Assembly: GCA_032161845.1 (NCBI GenBank)
Contig: JAVRQA010000526.1
Direction: 5' to 3' (one strand)
DNA length: 57,655 nt
Source of the DNA: Mycobacterium sp.
Lineage (GTDB): Bacteria; Actinomycetota; Actinomycetes; Mycobacteriales; Mycobacteriaceae
The notes under the pieces are model-generated. The model did no database searches and had not been told where the DNA came from. It was given only the letters and a program-made list of their open reading frames with translations. The translations under genes and the position numbers were made by a program. The first letter of the stretch is position 1; every line of letters begins with the position of its first letter. This document shows, in pieces, positions 19,530 to 28,838 of this stretch.

Positions 19530-20429
19530 GTGAGTTCTGCCGAAATTTCGCAGACTGGCACCGCGCGCGTCAAGCGCGGCATGGCCGAAATGCTCAAGGG
19601 CGGCGTCATCATGGACGTCGTCACACCCGAGCAGGCGCGCATTGCCGAGGGCGCCGGGGCCGTTGCGGTGATGGCACTCGAGCGCGTGCCAGCCGATATC
19701 CGCGCGCAGGGCGGAGTGTCGCGGATGAGCGACCCCGACATGATCGAGGGCATCATCTCGGCGGTCACCATCCCGGTGATGGCCAAGGCGCGCATCGGCC
19801 ACTTCGTTGAGGCGCAGATTCTGCAGAGCCTTGGCGTCGACTACGTCGACGAGTCCGAGGTGCTCACGCCCGCCGACTACGCCAACCACATCGACAAGTG
19901 GAAGTTCACCGTGCCGTTCGTCTGCGGTGCGACCAACCTCGGTGAGGCACTGCGACGGCTGACCGAGGGTGCGGCGATGATCCGCTCCAAGGGCGAGGCT
20001 GGCACCGGTGACGTCTCGAACGCCACCACCCACATGCGCAAGATCGGCGGCGAGATCCGTCGGTTGACCTCGCTGTCGTCCGACGAGTTGTTCGTCGCGG
20101 CAAAGGAACTGCAGGCACCCTACGAGTTGGTCGTCGAGGTGGCGCGGGCCGGCAAGTTGCCCGTGACGTTGTTCACCGCTGGCGGCATCGCCACCCCGGC
20201 CGACGCCGCGATGATGATGCAGCTGGGCGCCGAGGGTGTCTTCGTCGGCTCCGGCATCTTCAAGTCGGGTGATCCGGCCGCTCGGGCGGCCGCGATCGTG
20301 AAGGCCACCTCCTTCTATGACGACCCCGACGTGCTGGCGAAGGTGTCGCGGGGACTTGGCGAGGCGATGGTCGGCATCAACGTGGAGGACATCGCGCAGC
20401 CTCACCGGCTCGCGGAACGCGGCTGGTAG
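19530..20429 (+). CDS. pdxS: Pyridoxal 5'-phosphate synthase lyase subunit
   Basis: [33 protein letters not shown]; SD GGAGGAG before GTG 19530; TAGACT -10 at 19495-19500. Confidence 0.97.
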   Translation: MSSAEISQTGTARVKRGMAEMLKGGVIMDVVTPEQARIAEGAGAVAVMALERVPADIRAQGGVSRMSDPDMIEGIISAVTIPVMAKARIGHFVEAQILQSLGVDYVDESEVLTPADYANHIDKWKFTVPFVCGATNLGEALRRLTEGAAMIRSKGEAGTGDVSNATTHMRKIGGEIRRLTSLSSDELFVAAKELQAPYELVVEVARAGKLPVTLFTAGGIATPADAAMMMQLGAEGVFVGSGIFKSGDPAARAAAIVKATSFYDDPDVLAKVSRGLGEAMVGINVEDIAQPHRLAERGW

Positions 20430-20436
20430 CTCCTCA

Positions 20437-21282
20437 GTGTCGATCGAAGAGATCCTCGGTCTCGAGCAGCTCGAGGTCAACATCTACCGCGGTGGTGTGT
20501 TCAGCCCCGAATCGGGTTTTCTGCAGCGCACCTTCGGCGGCCACGTGGCAGGCCAGTCACTGGTCTCTGCGGTCCGCACGGTGGACCCGAAGTACCAGGT
20601 GCACTCGTTGCACGGCTACTTCCTGCGGCCAGGCGATGCCAGGACGCCGACGGTCTACCTGGTGGAGCGGTTGCGGGACGGCGGCTCGTTCGCGACGCGG
20701 CGGGTGAATGCGGTACAGCACGGCGAGACGATCTTCTCCATGTCGGCGTCGTTCCAGACCGATCAGAGCGGCATCGAACATCAGGACGCCATGCCCGCGG
20801 CGCCCCCGCCCGACGACCTGCCCGGCTTTCGCTCCGGCGGTGCCTTCGACGAAGCCGGGTTCGCCCAGTTCGCGGAATGGGACGTCCGCATCGTCCCGCG
20901 TGACAAGGTGGCGATCCTGCCGGGCAAGGCGGCGCAGCAACAGGTGTGGTTCCGCCACAAGGATCCGCTGCCCGACGATCCCGTGCTGCACATCTGCGCA
21001 CTGGCCTACCTGAGCGACCTGACGCTGCTGGGGTCGGCGCAAGTCAATCACCCCGACGAGCGCAAGCACCTGATGGTGGCGTCGCTGGATCACGCCATGT
21101 GGTTCATGCGCCCGTTCCGCGCCGATGAGTGGCTGCTGTATGACCAGTCCTCGCCATCGGCGTGCGGGGGGCGGTCACTGACCGAGGGCAAGCTCTTCAA
21201 TCGGTACGGCGAAATGGTCGCGTCGGTCATGCAGGAGGGGCTGACCCGATACAACCGCGACTTCACACCGCCCACCACGTGA
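20437..21282 (+). CDS. tesB: Acyl-CoA thioesterase II
   Basis: [37 protein letters not shown]. Confidence 0.92.
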   Translation: MSIEEILGLEQLEVNIYRGGVFSPESGFLQRTFGGHVAGQSLVSAVRTVDPKYQVHSLHGYFLRPGDARTPTVYLVERLRDGGSFATRRVNAVQHGETIFSMSASFQTDQSGIEHQDAMPAAPPPDDLPGFRSGGAFDEAGFAQFAEWDVRIVPRDKVAILPGKAAQQQVWFRHKDPLPDDPVLHICALAYLSDLTLLGSAQVNHPDERKHLMVASLDHAMWFMRPFRADEWLLYDQSSPSACGGRSLTEGKLFNRYGEMVASVMQEGLTRYNRDFTPPTT

Positions 21283-21860
21283 CGGCGCGCGTCGGTGTCC
21301 TTGCGCTGCAAGGAGATACCCGAGAGCATCTGGCGGCGTTGGCGGAAGCCGGTGCCGAGGCCGTCACCGTCCGTCGGCGTGCCGAATTGGACTCCGTCGA
21401 CGCCCTGGTGATTCCCGGTGGCGAGTCGACGACGATGAGCAAGCTGCTGCGCGAATTCGAACTGTTGGAGCCGCTGCGCGCGCGGCTGGCCGATGGGATG
21501 CCCGCCTACGGGTCGTGTGCGGGGATGATCCTGCTGGCGACCGAGATCGCCGACGCCGGCGTGCCTGGCCGCGAAGCACTGCCGCTCGGGGCGATCGACA
21601 TGACCGTGCGGCGCAATGCCTTTGGCAGGCAGGTCGACTCGTTCGAAGGTGATCTCGCGTTCGAGGGGCTCGACGGACCCATGCATGCCGTGTTCATCCG
21701 GGCGCCGTGGGTCGAGCGCGTTGGCCCGTCGGTCGAGGTGTTGGCGCGTGCCGCCGGACATCCGGTCGCGGTGCGGCAGGGCCGGACGTTGGCGACGGCG
21801 TTCCACCCCGAGATGACCGGCGACCGTCGCGTGCACCACCTGTTCGTCGACTCCCTCTAG
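21279..21860 (+). CDS. pdxT: PLP synthase glutaminase subunit
   Basis: GVLALQG, PGGESTT, GSCAG, RNAFGRQ, FHPE. Confidence 0.96.
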   Translation: MTARVGVLALQGDTREHLAALAEAGAEAVTVRRRAELDSVDALVIPGGESTTMSKLLREFELLEPLRARLADGMPAYGSCAGMILLATEIADAGVPGREALPLGAIDMTVRRNAFGRQVDSFEGDLAFEGLDGPMHAVFIRAPWVERVGPSVEVLARAAGHPVAVRQGRTLATAFHPEMTGDRRVHHLFVDSL

Positions 21861-21912
21861 CGGTTTGGGCGCGTTCAGCCGCGCTCACCGCGGCCCAACG
21901 CGCCGAGATCGC
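21860..21912. repeat. REP-like imperfect palindrome / long hairpin
   Basis: GCGGTTTGGGCGCGTT and AACGCGCCGAGATCGC are 13/16 complementary, enclosing an inner GCCGCG/CGCGGC stem with CTCAC loop. Confidence 0.65.
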
Positions 21913-22000
21913 GGGGGGTTGGTCGAGGGTGACCTCGGGTTGGACCAACCGCCACGTAGACTCGTCAAGCGCAGTTCAGGCAAGAAAGAGGTTCTATTCA

Positions 22001-22756
22001 ATGAGCGGCCATTCCAAGTGGGCCACCACCAAGCATCAGAAGGCCGTCAAAGACGCGCGCCGCGGCAAGGAATTCGCGCGGCTGATCAAGAACATCGAAG
22101 TGGCGGCCAGGACCGGCGGCGGTGACCCGTCGGGAAATCCGACGTTGTACGACGCCATCCAGAAGGCCAAGAAGACCTCGGTACCCAACGACAACATCGA
22201 ACGCGCCCGCAAGCGCGGAGGCGGCGAAGAGGCGGGCGGCGCCGACTGGCAGCCCATCACCTATGAGGGCTACGGGCCCAACGGCATCGCAGTGCTGATC
22301 GAGTGCCTCACCGACAATCGCAACCGCGCGGCCAGCGAGGTGCGCATCGCGATGACGCGCAACGGCGGCAACATGGCCGATCCTGGCTCGGTGTCCTACC
22401 TGTTCACCCGCAAGGGTGTGGTCACGCTGGAGAAGAACGGTCTTTCCGAGGACGACGTGCTCACCGCGGTGCTCGAGGCCGGGGCGGAGGACGTCAACGA
22501 CCTTGGTGACAGCTTCGAGGTCGTGTCCGAACCCACCGACCTGGTGGCCGTCCGCACGGCGCTGCAGGACGCGGGCATCGACTACGAGTCGGCCGAGGCC
22601 GCCTTCCAACCGTCGGTGTCGGTGCCCGTGGACGTCGAGGGTGCGCGCAAGCTGCTCAAGCTCGTCGACGCGCTCGAAGACAGCGATGACGTGCAGGACG
22701 TCTGGACCAACGTCGAAATCTCCGACGAGGTCGCGGCTCAACTCGACGAGGACTGA
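22001..22756 (+). CDS. YebC/PmpR family protein
   Basis: [38 protein letters not shown]; TAGACT -10 at 21957-21962. Confidence 0.96.
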   Translation: MSGHSKWATTKHQKAVKDARRGKEFARLIKNIEVAARTGGGDPSGNPTLYDAIQKAKKTSVPNDNIERARKRGGGEEAGGADWQPITYEGYGPNGIAVLIECLTDNRNRAASEVRIAMTRNGGNMADPGSVSYLFTRKGVVTLEKNGLSEDDVLTAVLEAGAEDVNDLGDSFEVVSEPTDLVAVRTALQDAGIDYESAEAAFQPSVSVPVDVEGARKLLKLVDALEDSDDVQDVWTNVEISDEVAAQLDED

Positions 22757-22761
22757 GCGGC

Positions 22762-23427
22762 TCAACTCCCCAGCGCGGACACCGCATCCGTGATGGGCGT
22801 CTCGCCGGAGATCAGCTCGAACGTGACACCGGCGGTCGCCGGTGCATCGAGCAGTGCGGCCAGCATCGCCGCCACGTCGGTGCGCGGAATGCTCCCGCGC
22901 CCAGTCGACTCGGCGACGCGCACCAGACCCGTGCCCACTTCGTCGGTCAGCAAGCCCGGCCGCACGATCGTCGAATCCAGACCACCCCTGGACCGCACCG
23001 CGTCGTCGGCCGCCGCCTTGGCTGCCAGATATGCGGCGAAGACGGGGTCGCCCGCCTCGTCGAGCGGCCGGTCGTCGGCACCAATGGCGGAGACCATCAG
23101 GTAACGGCGCACTCCCGCAGCCTCGGCGGCATCGGCCAAGAGAATGGCGGCATCCCGGTCGACCGTCGACTTCCTGTCGATCCCGCTGCCAGGGCCCGCG
23201 CCCGCCGCAAAGACCACCGCGTCCGCACCGCGCAGGAGATCGGTGAGCTCGTCGACTCCTGCGTTCTCCAGATCGAGGACGACGGGCTCGGCACCGGCGC
23301 GCCGAAGATCGTCACTCTGCCCCGGGTTGCGGATCAGGCCTGCCACCGAATCGCCGCGATCGGCGAGCAGCCTCTCCAGGATGAGGGCGATCTTCCCGTG
23401 TCCGCCTGCGACGACGACGCGCATCAT
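22762..23427 (-). CDS. NAD(P)H-binding atypical SDR
   Basis: VVVAGGHGKIA, DAVVFAAGAG, YLAAK, RPGLLTD; ATGA overlap with the VOC gene. Confidence 0.85.
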   Translation of the reverse strand: MMRVVVAGGHGKIALILERLLADRGDSVAGLIRNPGQSDDLRRAGAEPVVLDLENAGVDELTDLLRGADAVVFAAGAGPGSGIDRKSTVDRDAAILLADAAEAAGVRRYLMVSAIGADDRPLDEAGDPVFAAYLAAKAAADDAVRSRGGLDSTIVRPGLLTDEVGTGLVRVAESTGRGSIPRTDVAAMLAALLDAPATAGVTFELISGETPITDAVSALGS

Positions 23428-23867
23428 TGGTTCCCTTCCGCCGCGAAGACCTGCGAGTCGTCGGCGAAGGCCTTGAACTCCAAGGCATTTCCCGCGGGAT
23501 CCCGCAGGAACATCGTCCACTGTTCACCAGCCTGCCCTTCGAAGCGCAGGTACGGGTCGATGACGAACTCGGTGCGGTTGGCGCGCAGTCGCTCGGCGAG
23601 TCGGTGGAACTCGGCGACCGACAGCAGCAGGCCGAAATGCGGCACCGGCACGTCGTGGCCGTCGACGGGGTTGTGGGAGCGTGCCGAGCCGCCGGGGGCG
23701 AGGTGGGTGACGAGCTGATGCCCTTGCAGATCCCAGTCGACCCACGAATCCGCGCTGCGGCCCTTGGGAAGATTCAGGACGGTGCCGTAGAAGTGGCGTG
23801 CGGCATCGAGATCGTCGACGGGAATCGCGAGATGGAAGCGCGGAATGGGAGAGTCGAGAACGGTCAC
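23424..23867 (-). CDS. VOC family protein (glyoxalase/extradiol dioxygenase-like)
   Basis: FHLAIPV.DL..ARHFYG, GHQLVTH, VPHFG, FLRDPAGNALEFK. Confidence 0.88.
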   Translation of the reverse strand: MTVLDSPIPRFHLAIPVDDLDAARHFYGTVLNLPKGRSADSWVDWDLQGHQLVTHLAPGGSARSHNPVDGHDVPVPHFGLLLSVAEFHRLAERLRANRTEFVIDPYLRFEGQAGEQWTMFLRDPAGNALEFKAFADDSQVFAAEGNQ

Positions 23868-23921
23868 CCTTCCAAGTTATCGCGACGCGTGGCTGACCCA
23901 AGGCGTGTCCCTACCCGACGG

Positions 23922-23943
23922 CGTCGCCGTGGCCGACTAAGGT
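23922..23943 (+). promoter_or_regulatory. RecA-NDp/PafBC-like promoter (CGTCGC-N10-TAAGGT)
   Basis: 4/6 match to TGTCGG with the exact 10-nt spacing to a TANNNT hexamer, upstream of ruvC. Confidence 0.5.
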
Positions 23944-23944
23944 A

Positions 23945-23960
23945 TCGAACAGTTGTTCGG
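23945..23960. promoter_or_regulatory. LexA SOS box TCGAACAGTTGTTCGG
   Basis: 11/12 match to the mycobacterial consensus TCGAAC-N4-GTTCGA, just downstream of the -10 and upstream of ruvC. Confidence 0.88.
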
Positions 23961-23992
23961 GAGTCGGGAGCTTTCGTGGTGAGGAAGTCGCA

Positions 23993-24547
23993 GTGCGGGT
24001 GATGGGCGTCGACCCTGGGCTGACGCGATGCGGATTGTCCGTCATCGAGAGCGGCCACGGTCGTCAGGTGATCGCGCTGGACGTCGACGTCGTCCGCACT
24101 CCGTCGGATCAGCCGCTGCACAAGCGGCTGTTGACCATCAGCGACACGGTCGAGCACTGGTTGGACACCCACTGCCCGGACGTTCTTGCGATCGAGCGGG
24201 TGTTCGCCAATCAGAACGCGAACACGGCGATGGGTACCGCGCAGGCAGGTGGTGTCATCGCCCTCGCCGCCGCCAGACGCGACATCGACGTGCACTTCCA
24301 CACGCCCAGCGAGGTGAAGGCGGCCGTCACGGGCAACGGACGCGCCGACAAGGCCCAGGTCACCGAGATGGTCACCAGAATCCTTGGGCTACAGACCAAA
24401 CCGACACCCGCCGACGCAGCGGACGCGTTGGCGCTGGCGATCTGTCACTGCTGGCGGGCCCCGATGATCGCCCGGATGGCCGAAGCCGAGGCGATGGCCG
24501 CCGAGCAGCGCCGCAAGTACAAGGCCAAGCTGAAGGCGGCCACATGA
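23993..24547 (+). CDS. ruvC: Holliday junction resolvase
   Basis: [37 protein letters not shown]. Confidence 0.97.
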   Translation: MRVMGVDPGLTRCGLSVIESGHGRQVIALDVDVVRTPSDQPLHKRLLTISDTVEHWLDTHCPDVLAIERVFANQNANTAMGTAQAGGVIALAAARRDIDVHFHTPSEVKAAVTGNGRADKAQVTEMVTRILGLQTKPTPADAADALALAICHCWRAPMIARMAEAEAMAAEQRRKYKAKLKAAT

Positions 24548-25143
24548 TCGCGTCGGTCCGCGGTGAGGTCCTCGACATAGCCCTCGATCACGCCGTCATC
24601 GAGGCGGCGGGCGTCGGCTACAAGGTCTTGACCACGCCGACGACGTTGGCCACGCTGCGACGCGGCACCGAGGCCAGGCTCATCACCGCGATGATCGTCC
24701 GCGAAGACTCGATGACGCTGTACGGGTTCGCCGATGCCGAATCGCGCGACCTCTTCATGACCCTGCTCTCCGTCTCCGGCGTCGGCCCGAAGATCGGGCT
24801 GGCCACCCTCGCCGTGTACGACGCCCAGACCCTTCGGCAGGCGCTGGCGGACGGCGATCTCACCGCGCTCACCCGCGTGCCCGGCATCGGCAAGCGTGGG
24901 GCCGAGCGCATGGTGCTGGAACTGAGGGACAAGATCGGGACCGTCGTGTCGGCCGGCGGCAAGATCGAAGCCGGTGGGCACGCCGTTCGCGGTCTGGTCG
25001 TGGAAGCCCTAGTGGGACTTGGTTTTGCGGTCAAGCAGGCCGAGGAGGCCACCGACAAGGTACTCGCGGAGGACACGGGGGACACGGTGGCGACGACGTC
25101 GAGTGCGTTGCGGGCGGCCCTGTCGATGCTCGGGAAGAAGTAG
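24544..25143 (+). CDS. ruvA: Holliday junction branch migration protein A
   Basis: MIASVRG, GVGY, VRED..LYGF, VSGVGPK, VPGIGKR; ATGA overlap. Confidence 0.97.
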   Translation: MIASVRGEVLDIALDHAVIEAAGVGYKVLTTPTTLATLRRGTEARLITAMIVREDSMTLYGFADAESRDLFMTLLSVSGVGPKIGLATLAVYDAQTLRQALADGDLTALTRVPGIGKRGAERMVLELRDKIGTVVSAGGKIEAGGHAVRGLVVEALVGLGFAVKQAEEATDKVLAEDTGDTVATTSSALRAALSMLGKK

Positions 25144-25146
25144 GAC

Positions 25147-26214
25147 GTGGGCCGCTTCGACGAGGACGAACACGAAGACACCACCGATCGCGAGGTGTCG
25201 GCCGCACTGACGGTGGGTGAGGGCGATGTCGACGCCAGCCTGCGACCCCGCACGCTCAAGGAGTTCATCGGCCAACCGCGGGTGCGCGAACAGCTTCAGC
25301 TGGTCCTCGAGGGCGCCAAGAATCGCGGAGGTACCCCGGATCACATTCTGCTGTCCGGCCCCCCTGGCCTCGGCAAGACCTCGCTGGCCATGATCATCGC
25401 CGCCGAACTCGGAACCTCGCTACGCCTCACCTCGGGGCCGGCCCTCGAACGTGCCGGCGACCTTGCCGCCATGCTGTCCAACTTGGTCGAGCACGACGTT
25501 TTGTTCATCGACGAGATCCACCGGATCGCCAGACCTGCCGAGGAGATGCTGTACCTCGCCATGGAGGACTTCCGCGTGGACGTCGTGGTGGGAAAGGGCC
25601 CTGGGGCGACGTCGATTCCGCTGGAGGTCGCGCCGTTCACCCTGGTCGGCGCAACCACCAGGTCGGGTGCCCTGACGGGCCCGCTCCGCGACCGCTTCGG
25701 GTTCACCGCCCACATGGACTTCTACGAACCCGCCGAACTGGAACGGGTCCTGGCCCGCTCGGCGGGAATTCTTGGCATCGAGGTCGGAGCGGATGCCGCC
25801 ACCGAGATCGCGCGGCGCTCGCGTGGAACGCCACGCATCGCCAACCGGCTGCTGCGTCGGGTCCGCGACTACGCCGAGGTGCGCGCGGACGGCGTCATCA
25901 CGCGCGACATCGCAAAGGCCGCATTGGCGGTCTACGACGTCGACGAGCTTGGGCTGGACCGCCTCGACCGCGCCGTGCTCTTGGCACTGACCCGCAGTTT
26001 CGGCGGTGGTCCCGTCGGGGTGTCGACGCTCGCGGTGGCCGTTGGCGAAGAGGCAACGACCGTCGAAGAGGTGTGCGAACCTTTCCTGGTGCGGGCTGGC
26101 ATGATCGCCCGCACCCCGCGTGGCCGGGTGGCCACTGGCCAGGCATGGACACATCTGGGCATGACGCCGCCCCCCGGTGTGACGGGCCTGGGGCAACAGG
26201 ATCTGTTCGAGTAG
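25147..26214 (+). CDS. ruvB: Holliday junction branch migration helicase B
   Basis: [36 protein letters not shown]. Confidence 0.98.
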   Translation: MGRFDEDEHEDTTDREVSAALTVGEGDVDASLRPRTLKEFIGQPRVREQLQLVLEGAKNRGGTPDHILLSGPPGLGKTSLAMIIAAELGTSLRLTSGPALERAGDLAAMLSNLVEHDVLFIDEIHRIARPAEEMLYLAMEDFRVDVVVGKGPGATSIPLEVAPFTLVGATTRSGALTGPLRDRFGFTAHMDFYEPAELERVLARSAGILGIEVGADAATEIARRSRGTPRIANRLLRRVRDYAEVRADGVITRDIAKAALAVYDVDELGLDRLDRAVLLALTRSFGGGPVGVSTLAVAVGEEATTVEEVCEPFLVRAGMIARTPRGRVATGQAWTHLGMTPPPGVTGLGQQDLFE

Positions 26215-26236
26215 CTGACGGAATGGGAAACGCGAA

Positions 26237-26623
26237 ATGACTACTGCCGGTGTGATCTTCGCGGCGCTGGCTGCCGTTCTGCACGTCTACATCTGGATAC
26301 TCGAGTCGTTCCAGTGGACGTCTGCGCGGACCCGCGCGACGTTCGGCACCACACCCGAGGAAGCCGAGACCACCAAGCTCATGGCGTTCAACCAGGGCTT
26401 CTACAACCTGTTCTTGGCGGTGGTGACGGCGGTCGGTATCGCGTTCACGATCTCGGGCGGCACCCGCGTCGGCGCCGCCTTGCTCTTCGCCGGAGTCGGA
26501 TCCATGCTGGCTGCTGCCGCGGTGCTCTTGGCCTCGGCCCCGGACAAGGCGCGATCCGCCGTGGTCCAGGGCGTCTTCCCGTTGGTGGCCGTGGTGTTGC
26601 TTGCGATCGGCTTCTCGACGTAG
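26237..26623 (+). CDS. DUF1304 family membrane protein
   Basis: LHVYIWILE, NQGFYN signature, four hydrophobic segments. Confidence 0.85.
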   Translation: MTTAGVIFAALAAVLHVYIWILESFQWTSARTRATFGTTPEEAETTKLMAFNQGFYNLFLAVVTAVGIAFTISGGTRVGAALLFAGVGSMLAAAAVLLASAPDKARSAVVQGVFPLVAVVLLAIGFST

Positions 26624-27702
26624 CTCTCACTGGGGCGCCCGACCACGTACACGCGATCGCCGCCCGAACGCTTCGCCCGATACATCGCCCGGTCCGCAGA
26701 CTCGACCAACGAGTCGACGTGGTTGGGGATTTCGCGACCGACCACTCGAAAGAGCGATGCGCTCGCCACGCCGATGCTGGCGGTCACCCGCGACGGAGCC
26801 TGGGCGATGTCGCGTCGGATTCGCTCGGCCAATCCGATGGCGTCCCTGCGGTCACCGGAGAGTGCGACCACGAACTCTTCGCCGCCGACTCGCGCGACGA
26901 CGGAGTCGCCTCGGCGGATGTGGCGAAGGATCGAGCCGACCGCGACCAGCGTCTGATCGCCAGCCGCGTGTCCAGCGGTGTCGTTGATCCGCTTGAAGTC
27001 GTCGAGATCGACCATCACGACCGACAGGTGGGCGGTGCTGTCCCGACTCGACTCGGCGGCCAGGATGCGCACGGATCGTTGGAACGCCCGCCGGTTGGGC
27101 AGATCCGTCAGGGGATCGATGTCCGACTTCAACGCATCGATTCCCAGGGTGTGAACCAGCACCTGCACGCAGAACGGCACCGCGAGAATGCCGACGACGA
27201 GGATCAGCAAATTGCTCACCGCCAGCGCGAGGTCACCGGCGGCGATCGCCACGGCACACACCAGCGCGGTGCCCATGGCAGTTGCCAGCGTGACCGCCAA
27301 GTACCGGCTGGTGTGGAACAACGCCACGTAGCCGGCGAGGGCTGCGAAGGCGGTACAGCCCTGAATGCCCATGCTTGGCGACGCGTCGACGAGGCAGGAG
27401 GTGGTGATCGAGAGATTGGCGACGACGACGAAGGTGGCCGACTGATCGCGCGTTGGCCATTTGATCAGCCACAGCAGCGCCATGACCGCGCAAAGAGCCG
27501 CGATCACCACCGACAATGCGCGTCCCGCCGGCCCGTGCGGGCCGGCGGGAGTGAACAGCATCAGCACCGGCACCAAACCCAGAGCGACGACGATGGCCGC
27601 CATCATGTATCTGGTGAAACGCTGAAGGTTGCGGACGGCAAGGTACGCAGACAGCCATTGATAGTGATCGGGCTGTCGCCACCAACGGCGAATCCACTCC
27701 AC
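26401..27702 (-). CDS. Membrane-bound GGDEF (GGEEF) diguanylate cyclase-like protein
   Basis: About 6 TM segments then DPLTDLPNRR, DLDDFKRINDTAGHAAGD, ARVGGEEF, ADRAMYRAK; start placed at GTG 27702 (VEWIRRWW); first in-frame stop lies inside the DUF1304 gene. Confidence 0.88.
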   Translation of the reverse strand: MEWIRRWWRQPDHYQWLSAYLAVRNLQRFTRYMMAAIVVALGLVPVLMLFTPAGPHGPAGRALSVVIAALCAVMALLWLIKWPTRDQSATFVVVANLSITTSCLVDASPSMGIQGCTAFAALAGYVALFHTSRYLAVTLATAMGTALVCAVAIAAGDLALAVSNLLILVVGILAVPFCVQVLVHTLGIDALKSDIDPLTDLPNRRAFQRSVRILAAESSRDSTAHLSVVMVDLDDFKRINDTAGHAAGDQTLVAVGSILRHIRRGDSVVARVGGEEFVVALSGDRRDAIGLAERIRRDIAQAPSRVTASIGVASASLFRVVGREIPNHVDSLVESADRAMYRAKRSGGDRVYVVGRPSESYVEKPIASNTTATNGKTPWTTADRALSGAEAKSTAAAASMDPTPAKSKAAPTRVPPEIVNAIPTAVTTAKNRL

Positions 27703-28083
27703 TTTGCGCGTTTGCCCTTGCCGTTCGTGTGCCAATGCCGCCAGAGCGTGATCTGGCGCGTGACGAAACTCCCCTTGGGTCGGATCGTACAAGAACCTCA
27801 AACAGTTTGCTCGGGGTCGGCACGAGTTCCTTCGACGTATTGCTGGCAGGGTCGGGTTCGGCGGTGCACTCCCTGTCAAGCCTTCGATCGCGGTCGTCGG
27901 TTCGGGCGAGGAGATCGAACCGTAAGCGTTGCTGTCCGAGCAGCTGGCGATGATCTGACATTGCCAAGCGGATCGCCTACATCGAATATTTGCAGTGGCT
28001 CCTTGGCCGGAGCTACGTCCTTGAGCATCGCCAACGTCGAGTAGCTGCCGACGGGATTCGCGCGGGATTTCCAGCGGTGCGGC

Positions 28084-28109
28084 GTTAGGGCCATCCCGAT
28101 CCTGGGTAT
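28084..28109 (+). promoter_or_regulatory. Candidate SigF-type promoter GTTA-N16-GGGTAT
   Basis: Exact GGGTAT -10 and 3/4 match to GTTT at 16-nt spacing, upstream of SD GAGGAGG and ATG 28136. Confidence 0.5.
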
Positions 28110-28135
28110 GCGTCGAGCGAATGAGGAGGCTTTCG

Positions 28136-28825
28136 ATGACTCGAGTCGTTTCGGATGAACGCGGTGGCGGCGGCCGGATGCGCATTTCGCGCAGTCGCGG
28201 CGCGGCGAGTGGGTTCCTGGTGATTCTGCTGGGCGCGTGGGGTGCATTGGTCCCGTTCCTCGGGCCGATGTTCGACTTCGCGTACAACCCGGATCAGGGC
28301 TCGAACTGGAGTGCAACGAGGGGTTGGCTGGAGGTCCTGCCGGGGGTCGTCGCGATCATCGGGGGACTTCTTCTAGTGCGCTCTCGCAATCGGGCGACGG
28401 GGATGCTCGGCGGATGGCTCAGCGTCATCGCGGGTGCATGGTTCGTCGTGGGTCGCGTGATGGCCACGACGCTGACCATCGGCGAGATCGGTCGCCCCGT
28501 TGCGGGCACCGATACGAAGGCGGCGTGGCTAGAGCTCACCTACTTCTATGGCCTTGGTGCGGTGATCCTCTTCTTCGGCGCGATGGCACTCGGCCGCCTG
28601 TCGGTGCGTAGCGTGCGCGACGTCGACTATGCCCAGCGCACGGTGACGACCCAACGCGACGGCGACGTGGTCGAGGGTCGGACCGGTGTGGTGGCCGAAC
28701 CCGGCACCGGGCCGGCCCACGAGCAACCGGCGGATCAGCAGACGTTGGAGGAGGAGCGCCCGCGGCGGACGTGGCGCAACCCACTGCGCAGCCGTCGCGA
28801 CACCCGCACCCCCGTGAGTCGCTAG
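28136..28825 (+). CDS. Hypothetical membrane protein (4 TM, charged C-terminal tail)
   Basis: Strong SD GAGGAGG 6 nt before ATG; LLGAWGALVPFLGP and further hydrophobic segments. Confidence 0.8.
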   Translation: MTRVVSDERGGGGRMRISRSRGAASGFLVILLGAWGALVPFLGPMFDFAYNPDQGSNWSATRGWLEVLPGVVAIIGGLLLVRSRNRATGMLGGWLSVIAGAWFVVGRVMATTLTIGEIGRPVAGTDTKAAWLELTYFYGLGAVILFFGAMALGRLSVRSVRDVDYAQRTVTTQRDGDVVEGRTGVVAEPGTGPAHEQPADQQTLEEERPRRTWRNPLRSRRDTRTPVSR

Positions 28826-28838
28826 CGGTTCACCACCG

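Noticed and set aside
27700-27722. AGGGCAAAC and CGCAAAG just before the GGDEF start resemble conserved strands of the c-di-GMP-I riboswitch
   Set aside because: The intervening stem with GAAA tetraloop and the downstream receptor stem are absent, so the aptamer cannot form; an Infernal scan would settle it
27703-28287. 195-codon N-terminal extension of the GGDEF ORF in the ORF track
   Set aside because: Not protein-like, overlaps the divergent membrane gene, and the recognisable protein begins at GTG 27702
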